The notes under the pieces were generated by a model. It saw nothing but the letters and a program-made list of their open reading frames with translations, ran no database searches and was not told where the DNA came from. Below are positions 1-10,802 of a stretch of 64,000 nt of DNA, in pieces; within the stretch, counting starts at the first letter, position 1; each line of letters begins with the position of its first letter. The DNA comes from an uncultured archaeon (GTDB lineage Archaea > Asgardarchaeota > Lokiarchaeia > Sigyniarchaeales > SOKP01): assembly GCA_964632315.1 (NCBI GenBank), contig CAZWEM010000001.1, positions 96,001-160,000 on the forward strand. Reading direction: 5' to 3'. The translations under genes were made by a program, and so were the position numbers.

Positions 1-1
1 G

Positions 2-703
2 TCTTTATTTTCAAGAAAAGTTAGGAATTTAAACCCGAAATGCTTAATTGTTCAAGTAATGACTGATCCATCTTGTTTAGGAATTTTAAATCCCCCAGGA
101 GCTACTGATGTAGATATTTTTGTAGCGGAAGGACAATCATTTGGGATTTCTCCTAATTTTGGAGGTCCTGGATTAGGAATCTTCACAGCAAAAGAAAAAT
201 TTTTAAGAAAAATGCCTGGACGTTTAGTAGGAAAGACAAAAGAGCTATTTGGTGAACAAGAAGGCTTTTTATTAACTCTTCAAGCAAGAGAACAACATAT
301 TAGGAGAGAAAAAGCGAGTTCTAATATATGTACAAATCAGGCATTATGTGCTTTATCTGCATTAGTCTACTTATTATCTGTTGGAAAAACGGGATTAAAG
401 GAAATTGCTACACAAAATGTCCAAAAGAGTGATTATTTAAAAAAGGCATTAGTTAAAATTAAAGGATTCAAAATTTTAAACCAAAGACCAACTTACAATG
501 AATTTATGATTGAAGTTCCAAACCTTAAGAATTTACTTATAGAATGTAAAAAAAATGATTTATTACCACCTCTTGATATATCGCATTATTTTCCTAATAT
601 GGTCAATACTGCATTAGTATGTGTTACTGAATCTAATTCAAGAGAATCACTAGAAAAATTTATAAATATAGCTAAAATTGTGAGTGAGGTAACAACGGGA
701 TGA
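2..703 (+). CDS. gcvPA: Glycine dehydrogenase (decarboxylating) subunit 1, 5'-truncated by window edge
   Basis: Frame is open from base 2; motifs GEGQ-like AEGQSFG, FGGPGLG, LQAREQHIRREKASSNICTNQAL; overlaps gcvPB by ATGA. Confidence 0.95.
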   Translation, partial: SLFSRKVRNLNPKCLIVQVMTDPSCLGILNPPGATDVDIFVAEGQSFGISPNFGGPGLGIFTAKEKFLRKMPGRLVGKTKELFGEQEGFLLTLQAREQHIRREKASSNICTNQALCALSALVYLLSVGKTGLKEIATQNVQKSDYLKKALVKIKGFKILNQRPTYNEFMIEVPNLKNLLIECKKNDLLPPLDISHYFPNMVNTALVCVTESNSRESLEKFINIAKIVSEVTTG

Positions 704-2130
704 TTCAAAATTTGATATTTACTAAGGAGGTTAATAAATCAAATACGAATTTTATTCCAAAACTGGATATCGAGAATATTGATTTAAAGGAAATTATTCC
801 CGAAAAATTATTACGGAAAGATCTAGTTATTCCAAACGTCCCTGAGGTCGAGATAGTTCGACACTTTGTTCAATTGAGTAATAATAATTATGGAGTTGAT
901 ACAGGTATGTATCCATTAGGGTCTTGTACAATGAAATACAATCCAAAAATAAATGAAGTCGTGGCCAGACTCCCTCATTTCTCGAACATTCACCCTCTAC
1001 AAGATGAGAACCAAGGAGCTCTCGAAATAATCGTAGAATTATCTACTCTTCTCTGTGAAATCACGGGAATGGATGGGTTTACATTACAACCAGCAGCAGG
1101 TGCTCATGGTGAACTAACTGGATTACTTTTAATGAAAAAGTATTTTGAAAAATATGACCCAATGAAGAATAAGATTATCATACCTGATTCTGCACATGGT
1201 ACAAATCCAGCATCGGCTAAAATGGCGGGATTTTCAATAATTGAGCTCCAATCTAATGAAAGTGGAGAAGTTCCACTTGATCAATTAGAATTTGCGATGA
1301 AACAAGGAGATGTTGCCGGTATAATGCTAACAAATCCAAATACCCTTGGTTTATTTGACAGAAATATATTAGAAATTACAAATATTATCCATACTTATGG
1401 AGGATTATGTTATTACGATGGTGCAAATCTTAATCCAATATTAGGAATTTCCCGACCAAGAGATATGGGTTTTGATATCATACATTTGAATCTTCATAAA
1501 ACATTTTCAACACCACATGGGGGAGGCGGTCCGGGATCAGGTCCAGTGGGAGTTATAGAAAAACTCATACCTTTCCTTCCAGAACCTTGTCTTTTCACAA
1601 AAAAAGAAGGAATTATATGCAAAGAGAAAAACTCAGATTCGATTGGAAGAATTAAAGCTTTTTGGGGTAATTTTGGAGTAATATTAAGGGCATATGCATA
1701 CATCCTAGCTTTGGGAGAACGAGGGTTACGAAATATTGGTAAGGTATCAGTTCTCAATGCTAATTATATGAGAATTAAACTTAGAGAGAAATATTTTCTT
1801 CCCTACGATCGAATTTGCCAGCATGAATTTGTACTTTCTGATAAAGGGATTCCTAATGGAGTTACAACTGAAGATTTAGCTAAAAGGATTCTAGATTATG
1901 GATTTTATGCACCAACTATATACTTTCCATTAATTGTAAATGGTGCGTTAATGATTGAACCAACTGAGACGGAATCAAAGTCTAATTTAGATAAATTCAT
2001 TCAGATAATGTTCAAGATCCATGATGAGGCTCAAAATTATCCCGAATTATTAAAATCTGCTCCAAAGAATACTCCAATTGGAAGATTAGATGCGGTCACA
2101 GCAGCTAGAAAGCCAATATTAAAAGAGTAA
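700..2130 (+). CDS. gcvPB: Glycine dehydrogenase subunit 2
   Basis: YPLGSCTMKYNPK, QPAAGAHGE, SAHGTNPASA, PLP-lysine motif HLNLHKTFSTPHGGGGPG. Confidence 0.96.
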   Translation: MIQNLIFTKEVNKSNTNFIPKLDIENIDLKEIIPEKLLRKDLVIPNVPEVEIVRHFVQLSNNNYGVDTGMYPLGSCTMKYNPKINEVVARLPHFSNIHPLQDENQGALEIIVELSTLLCEITGMDGFTLQPAAGAHGELTGLLLMKKYFEKYDPMKNKIIIPDSAHGTNPASAKMAGFSIIELQSNESGEVPLDQLEFAMKQGDVAGIMLTNPNTLGLFDRNILEITNIIHTYGGLCYYDGANLNPILGISRPRDMGFDIIHLNLHKTFSTPHGGGGPGSGPVGVIEKLIPFLPEPCLFTKKEGIICKEKNSDSIGRIKAFWGNFGVILRAYAYILALGERGLRNIGKVSVLNANYMRIKLREKYFLPYDRICQHEFVLSDKGIPNGVTTEDLAKRILDYGFYAPTIYFPLIVNGALMIEPTETESKSNLDKFIQIMFKIHDEAQNYPELLKSAPKNTPIGRLDAVTAARKPILKE

Positions 2131-2300
2131 GAATTAATCCTTTCCTGAATTATTGTGCACCTCTAAGATAAAGAAGGATTTATATAGCATTTAATTTGAT
2201 ACTTGGAGGTAAGAATTATATTGATTATTAATCAATAAACACCTAATTGATTTTTAATCCATGAACTATTATAATTTATAAAATTAGGATAGTGAATATT

Positions 2301-3050
2301 ATGGTTAAACTCGGAATAATAGGCGGGTCGGGATTAGATAATCCGGATCTTTTAAAAGACGCAAAAGATATCGAGGTTGATACTTCATACGGAAAACCCT
2401 CATCTCCCCTAAGATTGGGGAAAATTCATGATATTGACGTTGTCTTATTAGCTAGACATGGAAGAGAGCATACTATTCCCCCTACTCAAGTTAATAATAG
2501 AGCTAACATACAAGCTCTTAAAGATCAAGGGTGTACACATATTTTAGTCACTACTGCTTGTGGTAGTCTAAGAGAAAAAATTGAAAGAGGACATTTTGTA
2601 ATTTTAGACCAATTTATTGACTTTACTAGGTTAAGAAAAGTATCATTTTACGAAGAATTTGAACCGGGAGATATGAAGCACACTCCTATGGCTGATCCAT
2701 TTTCAGAAGAACTGAGAACTTTAGTAATTAAAGCTGCTAAAGAGTTAAATATTCCTCATCATGAAAGAGGAACAGTCGTTACTATTGAAGGACCTCGATT
2801 TTCAACTAGAGCAGAATCTCGTATGTTCAGAAGTTGGGGCGCAGATGTCATTAATATGAGTATAGCACCTGAAGCAGCATTAGCTAATGAGGCAGGATTA
2901 CCTTATGCTGCTATTGCAATGTCTACAGATTACGACTGCTGGAAAGAAGATGAAGCTCCAGTGACTTGGAAAGAAATCCTGGAAATATTTGGAAAAAATG
3001 TTGATAATGTAATAAAATTGCTAATTCGTACAATCGACAAGCTTAAGTAA
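2301..3050 (+). CDS. mtnP: S-methyl-5'-thioadenosine phosphorylase (probable ATG at 2301)
   Basis: GIIGGSG, RHGREH, EGPRFSTRAES, VINMS, TDYDCW. Confidence 0.93.
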   Translation: MVKLGIIGGSGLDNPDLLKDAKDIEVDTSYGKPSSPLRLGKIHDIDVVLLARHGREHTIPPTQVNNRANIQALKDQGCTHILVTTACGSLREKIERGHFVILDQFIDFTRLRKVSFYEEFEPGDMKHTPMADPFSEELRTLVIKAAKELNIPHHERGTVVTIEGPRFSTRAESRMFRSWGADVINMSIAPEAALANEAGLPYAAIAMSTDYDCWKEDEAPVTWKEILEIFGKNVDNVIKLLIRTIDKLK

Positions 3051-3152
3051 ATTTCCCCATATGCTTTTTCTTAATTTTTCTAAATTAATAAGATTGATAT
3101 TTTTTCATTGTTTTAACAATCTAAGAAAATTAATTATATGGAATAAAATCAA

Positions 3153-4460
3153 TTGGTAAAAATTACATTTCTTGGTGCTACAAGAGAAGTTGGGAGATCA
3201 GCAGTTTTAATTGAATCAAAATCCGATCAGAAGGTAATCTTAGATTATGGTGTAAGATTTAGTGAAGAAGATCGTCTCCCGTTAGATACTGACTTAAATA
3301 ATCTTAAAGCTTTAGCTCTTTCCCATTGCCACGTCGATCACTGTGGAGCAATGCCCTATTTATATAAAGACTTGAACATTCCCTTCTTTACAAATCCATT
3401 AACACTTAGAATTTCAGAAATACTATTAAAAGATATGATTAAAATTTCAAAGTATCCTTATCCATTTGGGCCTAAAGACTTAGATCAATGGAGACGTAAT
3501 GCCCAATTTTTGAAGGTTGGAGAGAAAATTAAAATTTCTAAGGATATATTCATAACTTTCTACGATGCTGGACATATTCCCGGCAGTGTTTCAATATTAC
3601 TTGAGGTGGATAATAAATCAATATTGTATACTGGTGATATAAATTCTCAAAAAACAAATTTAGTTTATCCAGCAAATTCCATAGATATACCAGAAATTGA
3701 TGCTTTAATCACAGAATCTACATATGCAACAAAAGAACACACCCCTAGGGAACAATTAGAAAAACAATTTATAGATAAAGTTCTTACAATAATAGAAAAT
3801 GGGGGACGAGTGCTAATTCCCGCTTTTGGAGTAGCCAGATCTCAAGAAATCCTTTTAATCCTTAATAAATACGATGTAGATATTCCAATATATATCGATG
3901 GTTTAGCAAGAAAGATTTCAAATACTTATTTAAATTTTCCGAAAGAATTTAGAAATTATAATCATCTCAAGAAATCTATTAAGAGAGTAAATTTTGTAAA
4001 AAGCAGAAATAGAAGAGCAATTATTCAAAATGCGAGGGGAATTATTATTTCACCTTCAGGTATGCTGAAAGGTGGAGCTGCTATAGATTATGTATCCTCT
4101 ATAATAAAAAATTCGAATTCTGCTATATATTTTGTTGGTTATCAAGTAGAAGGAAATCCTGGTCGAAAACTTTTAGATGAGGGAATATTCGATTATGAAG
4201 AAAAACTCTACACTAATTTTATGGATAGAGATCTAAATGATTTAAAAGCTAAATGCGATGTGGATTATTTTGATTTTTCAAGTCATTCTGATAAGACTCA
4301 TTTATATAAGTATATTGATGATATAGCTTTTTCAAATTCTTCTCGTTATGTATTTTGTGTACACGGAGAAGAAAAATCAGTGAATTCATTAGCTGGTAAT
4401 TTAAATAAAAAGGAATATAACGCTGTGGCTCCTGAAATTGGAGAATCCTACATTCTTTAA
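3153..4460 (+). CDS. Metallo-beta-lactamase/beta-CASP ribonuclease (aCPSF2-like, no KH domains)
   Basis: GATREVGRS, SHCHVDHCG, AGHIPGS, YTGD, ESTY, PAFGVARSQE, FSSHSD, VHGE. Confidence 0.9.
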   Translation: MVKITFLGATREVGRSAVLIESKSDQKVILDYGVRFSEEDRLPLDTDLNNLKALALSHCHVDHCGAMPYLYKDLNIPFFTNPLTLRISEILLKDMIKISKYPYPFGPKDLDQWRRNAQFLKVGEKIKISKDIFITFYDAGHIPGSVSILLEVDNKSILYTGDINSQKTNLVYPANSIDIPEIDALITESTYATKEHTPREQLEKQFIDKVLTIIENGGRVLIPAFGVARSQEILLILNKYDVDIPIYIDGLARKISNTYLNFPKEFRNYNHLKKSIKRVNFVKSRNRRAIIQNARGIIISPSGMLKGGAAIDYVSSIIKNSNSAIYFVGYQVEGNPGRKLLDEGIFDYEEKLYTNFMDRDLNDLKAKCDVDYFDFSSHSDKTHLYKYIDDIAFSNSSRYVFCVHGEEKSVNSLAGNLNKKEYNAVAPEIGESYIL

Positions 4461-5965
4461 ATTTTATTTTGCTTCTTAATTACCTCGTCAAAATTTTGTA
4501 GAAAAGCATCAATTTTATCTATTGGTACTTTTGTCCCCGCAGCGGGAGGATGCCCGCCGCCTAAAATATCTAAATTTGATTTTTCTAAGGCTTTTCTAAT
4601 TGCTTCGGATAAATTGACTCCTTTTTCTACAATTTTTTTATCAGCTCTAGCTGATATTTTAAATACTCCCTCCTTTTCTCTTTTAGCACATCCTAAAACA
4701 GGTTTATTTTTATTAATTATTTCCCCTTTATCAAATATTAACATAGAAGCGATTGTTCCGATCATGGTATCTGGAATTCTACCTTCTCCAAAAAAGAATT
4801 GTATGTTTTCTAACTCCTTTATTTTATCACCTTCTTGTATCCAATGCATAAAGTTCATTATTGTTTTCTTATACTCTTGCAACTGATTTTGAGCTTTTTG
4901 ATACGCTTCTTTCCTATCTCCCATTGCAATCGCGATCCCTAACGATCCATTATCGCTTCTTCCACAAGAATTTAATAAATTTGAAAATTCATGTAATTCA
5001 TGTAATTCCGATCCTGATGTCTCATTCTTCAATATATATCTTTTAATAACTAAGTTTTGGATAATCTCTTCAGGTTCAATTTGATACTTTAATGCATATT
5101 CTATAATTGCTGAGGATATCTTTCTTTTTTCATTTTTGTCTAAATCATTTAGTGTTCTTATCTCCCCATTAGACTTTTCCATTAAAATTCCAATTTTTTT
5201 TAGAAAAATCAAGCTCTTACTAGAATTTCCACTAATTCCTGGTAAATTTAACTCATTTGAATATGCAATAGCTTCATTCAAGGGTTTTATTGGAGAAAAC
5301 ATTAAATCATCAATTACCTCAACTTGATTTGTATTAATTGCATCCTCCAAAATTCGAACATTCAACCCAAAAAAGGCATGATTAGGCGCTTGGTTCTGAA
5401 TGTCCCCCATAGCGCCAACCAATGCGATGTAGGCAAGATCGATATTTTTTTGATTTAATGTTTTAGAAAATAAATAGGTTAAACCTGCGGCCGAAACTTC
5501 GTTACTCCCATTAATACCATAAAAATATGGGTTAATATGCCAAGGTTTTGAATCGTTTTTAATTTCTAAGACTTGTGAATCATCCATGTTATCCACATTT
5601 TGAGGTAGATGATGGTCAATAATTAGCAGGTTACGCATTTCTCCAATATCTTCTTTTTGATTTATTATTTCTAAATATTGACCACTTCCAAAATCAGTTA
5701 AAATTACAAAATACTCATCTGATTCAAGTTCTTGTTTAATTCTAATTATTTGCTCTTTCTCTAATTGCTTTAATATTCTGATTCGAAATGGTATTCGTTC
5801 TCTAAACAATGTTTTTCCAATGATAGCTCCTGATGACAATCCGTCTGCATCTAAATGTGTATATATATGAACCATTAAACTAGAATGGCTTATGGAATTA
5901 AGAAAGTAATCTTTTGCTTCTTTTAAAGCAATATATAGTTCTTCAGAAGTCTCTACATTACCCAT
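4457..5965 (-). CDS. DHH/DHHA1 RecJ-Cdc45 family exonuclease (GAN-like)
   Basis: HLDADG, TDFG, IDHH, GDIQ, SAR, GGGHPPAAG. Confidence 0.9.
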   Translation of the reverse strand: MGNVETSEELYIALKEAKDYFLNSISHSSLMVHIYTHLDADGLSSGAIIGKTLFRERIPFRIRILKQLEKEQIIRIKQELESDEYFVILTDFGSGQYLEIINQKEDIGEMRNLLIIDHHLPQNVDNMDDSQVLEIKNDSKPWHINPYFYGINGSNEVSAAGLTYLFSKTLNQKNIDLAYIALVGAMGDIQNQAPNHAFFGLNVRILEDAINTNQVEVIDDLMFSPIKPLNEAIAYSNELNLPGISGNSSKSLIFLKKIGILMEKSNGEIRTLNDLDKNEKRKISSAIIEYALKYQIEPEEIIQNLVIKRYILKNETSGSELHELHEFSNLLNSCGRSDNGSLGIAIAMGDRKEAYQKAQNQLQEYKKTIMNFMHWIQEGDKIKELENIQFFFGEGRIPDTMIGTIASMLIFDKGEIINKNKPVLGCAKREKEGVFKISARADKKIVEKGVNLSEAIRKALEKSNLDILGGGHPPAAGTKVPIDKIDAFLQNFDEVIKKQNKI

Positions 5966-6047
5966 AATTATTATAAAATTTTAAATTGAAAACTAAATCT
6001 AATATAATAAAATAAGAAAAAATTAATAAATACTCAATTGAAAAAAA

Positions 6048-7049
6048 GTGATTAATTTGCATCATGTAAAAATTAATGAATTAGCTTTAAAATTAGTTCA
6101 AGAAATAATTCAAAACAAAGAATTACTTAAGGCAGATGTCCATACTCTTGAAAATGGAGCACATGTAATTAATATGACAAATGCAACATGGAAAGGAGGA
6201 AAACTGGTAGGAGAAATTTGTATGGGGGGTTTAGGTACAGTTGATTTTAGTCATTATAATTTAGATGGTCATTATATTCCAAGTGTAAATGTTTATACTT
6301 CAGAACCGATTCTCTCCTGTATGGCTTCTCAATTGGCCGGTTGGAGTGTTAAACTAAAAAAAGAAGTCGAAAAGGATGGTGTAATAAAGAAAAAAGTTAT
6401 CTTTCAGTCATTAGGTTCCGGACCAGCGAGAGCTAAGGGTAAAACAGAAAAACTATTTGAGGAAATTAATTATCTTGATGATTCTGATTGTGCTGTTATA
6501 GTGTTTGAAACAGATAAGCTCCCTAATGAAGAAGTAATGGAAATAGTTTCTAATAAATGCGGAGTAAATGTAAGTAATACTTATGCTATTTATGCTCCTA
6601 CCGCTTGTTTGACTGGTTCTATTCAAGTTGCTGCAAGAATAGTAGAAACTGGAATACATAAACTTCATGAAATTCATTTCCCATTAGAAGTTTTGCGAGA
6701 TGGATTCGGTACTACAACAATTGCACCCATAGCTAAAGATGATTTAGGAGCAATGGGAAGGACTAATGATTCAATTAGTGCCGCAGGGTTAACCTATTAT
6801 ACTATCGAAGTTGAAAAAGAAAAAGAAGCAGAATTATTTGAATTATTGAAAAAGGCACCCGCTAATACGTCCTCTAGTTATGGAAAACCATTTCTTGAGA
6901 CATTTAAAGCAGCGGAATATGATTTTTACAAAATAGATCCCGGTCTATTTGCTCCTGCTAAATACACTATTAATAATATCAAAACTGGAAGGAGCATAAC
7001 AGTAGGAGAAGTAAATCACCAACTCTTAAAAGAATCCTATAAACTTTAG
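6048..7049 (+). CDS. mch: Methenyltetrahydromethanopterin cyclohydrolase
   Basis: EICMGGLG, CMASQLAGW, GSGPARA, GSIQVAARIVETGIHK, AMGRTND, FYKIDPGLFAPA. Confidence 0.95.
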   Translation: MINLHHVKINELALKLVQEIIQNKELLKADVHTLENGAHVINMTNATWKGGKLVGEICMGGLGTVDFSHYNLDGHYIPSVNVYTSEPILSCMASQLAGWSVKLKKEVEKDGVIKKKVIFQSLGSGPARAKGKTEKLFEEINYLDDSDCAVIVFETDKLPNEEVMEIVSNKCGVNVSNTYAIYAPTACLTGSIQVAARIVETGIHKLHEIHFPLEVLRDGFGTTTIAPIAKDDLGAMGRTNDSISAAGLTYYTIEVEKEKEAELFELLKKAPANTSSSYGKPFLETFKAAEYDFYKIDPGLFAPAKYTINNIKTGRSITVGEVNHQLLKESYKL

Positions 7050-7078
7050 GAAGTATAATCTCAAATTTTTTTAATTTT

Positions 7079-8272
7079 TTAGAAATTGGTTAACTCTTCT
7101 TGATATTTTAAAATATCTGTCATGGAAATATCTTTATCAAATTCAATATTTTTTTGAATTCCTAAATAAGCACATGCAATATTAGCAGCAGCAGCAATCT
7201 CTGCCTTTTTTAATGTGAGTGTATATCCATTAACCGAATTTGATTTATCTCGATAATTTGATTGAAGATTATTTTGCATTGAATCATATGTCTGGCTTTT
7301 ATCATCTAAATAATCATAATTTTTATCTTGGATTTGATAAACCCTTTCAAGTTTCATTTTATGTAAGAGAGATGCCATTTTATCAGCGACCTTGAAAGGT
7401 AATTGATTTTGAACAATTACTCTAATAATATTATTTATATCAAAAAAATTCAGTGTTTCATGTTTTGCTCGTAAATATTTTTTTAAGCTTTCAGAATCTT
7501 TTTCACACTCAATTTCTGTCCAATCATGGATTGCGAGCCTTCTTCTGAAAAAAATTAATTCCCAATCGATATCCAATTCTTTTAGAAATTCTAATAACTT
7601 ATCATCGTTGGATCTTTTCATTTCTAAGGTAATATAAAGTTGCAAACCATACCATTTATGCTCCTGTTGTAAGAAAAAACCTCTTTGTTGCATTGAAGCC
7701 AAAATTTTAATATTTAGCGAGTAAATATTGTCAGTAACATTTTTCTTACCACAGTTCAAGTAAACAATATTGCCTTCTTCACTAATATATTCACAATCCA
7801 AGAAACCAATTATGCTCTCACTGTTTTGTTCAATAAAATCACTTAAACCACTGAGGGTTGGATTGACATCGAACTTCTTAAGATCATTCTCACGAATCGT
7901 AACATAATCCGTTTGACTCCCTCCTACAGCTAGTTTAATAGTATGTAATTTTAGTTCGTCTTCTGAACCAAAAACATTTTTGAAGGCATCATTTAGTGGG
8001 AAAATCTCTTTTTCTAAAATTTTTACATCTGCTATTGAACTTTCATATGGTTCGGGTTCTTTAAGTAATTTATTTAAAATAGGTGCTTCTGAGGCATCTA
8101 CTTCTATTTCATAATCTTTTGCTAAATTTTTTTTAATAACACAGATCGATTTTTTTTTCTCATTATACATTGTAAGAGTTGTAGCATTATCAATTACTGC
8201 CCGAAAATGTTCAGTAAATCGATCATCCAAATCATCGGATTTTAGTCTTCTTTTCCTCAAAATATGCACCAA
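7079..8272 (-). CDS. Hypothetical soluble protein (397 aa)
   Basis: Long ORF in AT-rich DNA filling the gap between genes; no motif recognised. Confidence 0.75.
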   Translation of the reverse strand: MVHILRKRRLKSDDLDDRFTEHFRAVIDNATTLTMYNEKKKSICVIKKNLAKDYEIEVDASEAPILNKLLKEPEPYESSIADVKILEKEIFPLNDAFKNVFGSEDELKLHTIKLAVGGSQTDYVTIRENDLKKFDVNPTLSGLSDFIEQNSESIIGFLDCEYISEEGNIVYLNCGKKNVTDNIYSLNIKILASMQQRGFFLQQEHKWYGLQLYITLEMKRSNDDKLLEFLKELDIDWELIFFRRRLAIHDWTEIECEKDSESLKKYLRAKHETLNFFDINNIIRVIVQNQLPFKVADKMASLLHKMKLERVYQIQDKNYDYLDDKSQTYDSMQNNLQSNYRDKSNSVNGYTLTLKKAEIAAAANIACAYLGIQKNIEFDKDISMTDILKYQEELTNF

Positions 8273-8493
8273 ATCATCTTATTCTTATAAGAACCTTTAA
8301 TTTATAAAACAAATATAATCTTTTAATGTTATCTAATGATTTTCATAAAAATTTCGTGATAATTCTCTTTTTTTCATTGGCTTTTTCCGGATTTAGGTCA
8401 GATTTCTTTCTATTTAAATTTCCGCTCTAGTATAATTTTTAATATTATCGAGAAACTAGATAATTAACTTATTAACAAGGGTTAAAAGTAAAT

Positions 8494-8670
8494 TCAGGAA
8501 TCTTCTTCAAGAAAAAAGTTTTCACCCTTCTTGATATAAATTACGGTAGAACCAAAGTTATTTCTTACAGTATATTTATTGCCTTCTACTTCCAATAATT
8601 CGATTGAATAGGGTAATCTTCTGTCTTTTATAATCGATTCGATGATTTCCTTCTCTTCCTTAGGATCCAT
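8494..8670 (-). CDS. Small hypothetical protein (about 58 aa, MDPKEEKE...)
   Basis: Protein-like composition, same strand as both neighbours; ATG at 8670 preferred to TTG at 8694. Confidence 0.6.
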   Translation of the reverse strand: MDPKEEKEIIESIIKDRRLPYSIELLEVEGNKYTVRNNFGSTVIYIKKGENFFLEEDS

Positions 8671-8733
8671 GCATGAGGATAATATGGCAAACAAAAAAAG
8701 TTTTACGCATTCAAATTCAAGTTTTTATAAAAA

Positions 8734-9213
8734 TTATCCTCCTTCTTTCCCTTGAATGCTTTCGAGATCCATTCTTAAGATACTAGTTCTTTCATATTGT
8801 TCATATGTTTTAAATAACTTTTTTTTAAGATTTTCAGGATTTTCTTCTAAATGATGCAACAATACATCAAACCCATGCTCTTTTTCCGATATATCTGTGA
8901 CAATTTTCATCTTTCCTCTTAAGATAACCGAGCGATATGAATGGTTGCATTCGTTCATCTTATACCCGTTATCTTCTATAATTGTTGCACAAACTTTCGA
9001 GTTTTCTTTAATAAAATCAATTTTTAGCCCTTCATTCGCACAATGAAAGTATAAAGAGTTTTTTAACGAGTCATATCCATAACTTAGGGTGACTAAATAG
9101 GGTTCATTATCTCTACACATTGAAATGGTAGTATATTTACCACTTTTTAGAATTTTAGTTAAATTGGAGTCATTTTTTATCTCTTTTTCCTTCCTTCTCA
9201 TGTGATATGACAA
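8734..9213 (-). CDS. Pyridoxamine 5'-phosphate oxidase-like flavin-binding protein (NimA family)
   Basis: MRRKEKE, PYLVTLSYGY, LYFHCANEGLK, YRSVILRG. Confidence 0.88.
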   Translation of the reverse strand: MSYHMRRKEKEIKNDSNLTKILKSGKYTTISMCRDNEPYLVTLSYGYDSLKNSLYFHCANEGLKIDFIKENSKVCATIIEDNGYKMNECNHSYRSVILRGKMKIVTDISEKEHGFDVLLHHLEENPENLKKKLFKTYEQYERTSILRMDLESIQGKEGG

Positions 9214-9462
9214 GATTAGCTCCCAATATAAATAGAGTTATTATAATAATTCAAGTAGATCAAAATTCAAAAAGTTACCTCTCTAAATTTCATTTCAAGC
9301 TAAAACAAGCAATTACTAATCCGATTTTTATATAAAAATTTAACTGTTTCACGGTGTTATTAAAAAAACGTGTAAAATTTAATAAACGAGTTATATATTT
9401 AAATAAAAACTCATTTAATTAAAATATAAGACTAGTAATACTCTTATTTTTAGTGGATTTTT

Positions 9463-10710
9463 ATGGTTAAACAAGCACTTAATATTGGCTTTTTTTCTAG
9501 CATGTATAGCCAGACAAATGGTACCGCGCATGCAGTTAAATTCCTGGCTGAGGCAATTGCAAAATTGGGTCATGATGTGCATGTATTCGCCCCTAAAATC
9601 ACGAATGGGCATACTGTTCCAGAAACACTCCATTATCATGAACTTGGTGGGGCAGTAGTAGGAGACAATACTGGATTCGTTGTAAGCGTACCAATTCATA
9701 AAATGTTCTTTTGTCCGCACGATTATCTCGATATCGCCCATATGCACACTCATGCTACGGTTGCAACAATGGCTATTAATTGGGCTAAATATTTAGGAAT
9801 TCCAATGGTAGGTACTCACAACGCACCACTAGCATATTATACTGCCCAGAACGTCAAAATGATTGGGAACATAATGTCTAAATCTGAGTTTTTATGGAAG
9901 CTTGAAAGACATATTCTTGATAAATATGATTTTGTACATGTTCCTACTAAATCAAAGAAAGATTTATTGTTAAATTATCGGTTTAAGGAACCAATAGTAT
10001 GTTTATCTAATGGCATACATGATGCAATGTTCACTGATTTGAAAGAAAATGGAATTCGTGAAAAATATGGGATAGATGGCAAGAAAGTGTTATTGTATGC
10101 TGCACGATTATCAACAGAAAAACATCCAATAAGCGTTCTTAAGGCATTTAGGAAGATACATGAAGAAGTACCTGATGCACACTTGCTAATGGTTGGAAGC
10201 GGTGGAGCCTCAACAGAAAAGGTACAGCGGGTTCTTAAAAAGAAAGCTTATAGGGATATTGCAACATATGCTGGGCGAGTACCTTTTGTCGATTTATTAA
10301 GACTTTATAAAGCTGCAGATGTGTCTAGTTTATATTCATGGGTTGAAGCTGAAGGATTGGTATTAATTGAAGCGATGGCTCAAGGAACCCCAACTGTTGG
10401 TGCAAATGCGACTGGAATAAGCAACGTGATAAAACATGGAGAAACGGGATATCTTGTAAATAATATGGATCAATTCAAAGATGCGGTTGTAAAATTATTG
10501 AAAGATGATGATCTGAGGGAGCAATTTGGAAACAATGCTAAAAAAGAAGCTCAACAGTACCGAATAAGCAAAATTGCAGAATCTTGGATTAAGTTATACA
10601 AATTTACGATGGATGAATTATATCCATTAAGATATTATCGTAGGGAAAGAAGAGAACGAGTTGATCTGGTTAAAGGATTCGTAAAAACAATCCCTAATGT
10701 AACATGGTAA
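9463..10710 (+). CDS. Glycosyltransferase family 4
   Basis: NGTA, GHDVHVFAP, AARLSTEK, EAEGLVLIEAMAQGTP, HGETG. Confidence 0.92.
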   Translation: MVKQALNIGFFSSMYSQTNGTAHAVKFLAEAIAKLGHDVHVFAPKITNGHTVPETLHYHELGGAVVGDNTGFVVSVPIHKMFFCPHDYLDIAHMHTHATVATMAINWAKYLGIPMVGTHNAPLAYYTAQNVKMIGNIMSKSEFLWKLERHILDKYDFVHVPTKSKKDLLLNYRFKEPIVCLSNGIHDAMFTDLKENGIREKYGIDGKKVLLYAARLSTEKHPISVLKAFRKIHEEVPDAHLLMVGSGGASTEKVQRVLKKKAYRDIATYAGRVPFVDLLRLYKAADVSSLYSWVEAEGLVLIEAMAQGTPTVGANATGISNVIKHGETGYLVNNMDQFKDAVVKLLKDDDLREQFGNNAKKEAQQYRISKIAESWIKLYKFTMDELYPLRYYRRERRERVDLVKGFVKTIPNVTW

Positions 10711-10802
10711 GCTTTTTTATAATTTCTTCGATTTTTTAACAATAATAATAATTTTGGGAAAAAATTAAAACGAGAAATCAAGATAGAAATTAGTGGTTAA
10801 AA

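Noticed and set aside
4535-4562. GC-rich patch that might be a structured RNA
   Set aside because: It is the codons for GGGHPPAAG in the DHHA1 domain on the minus strand
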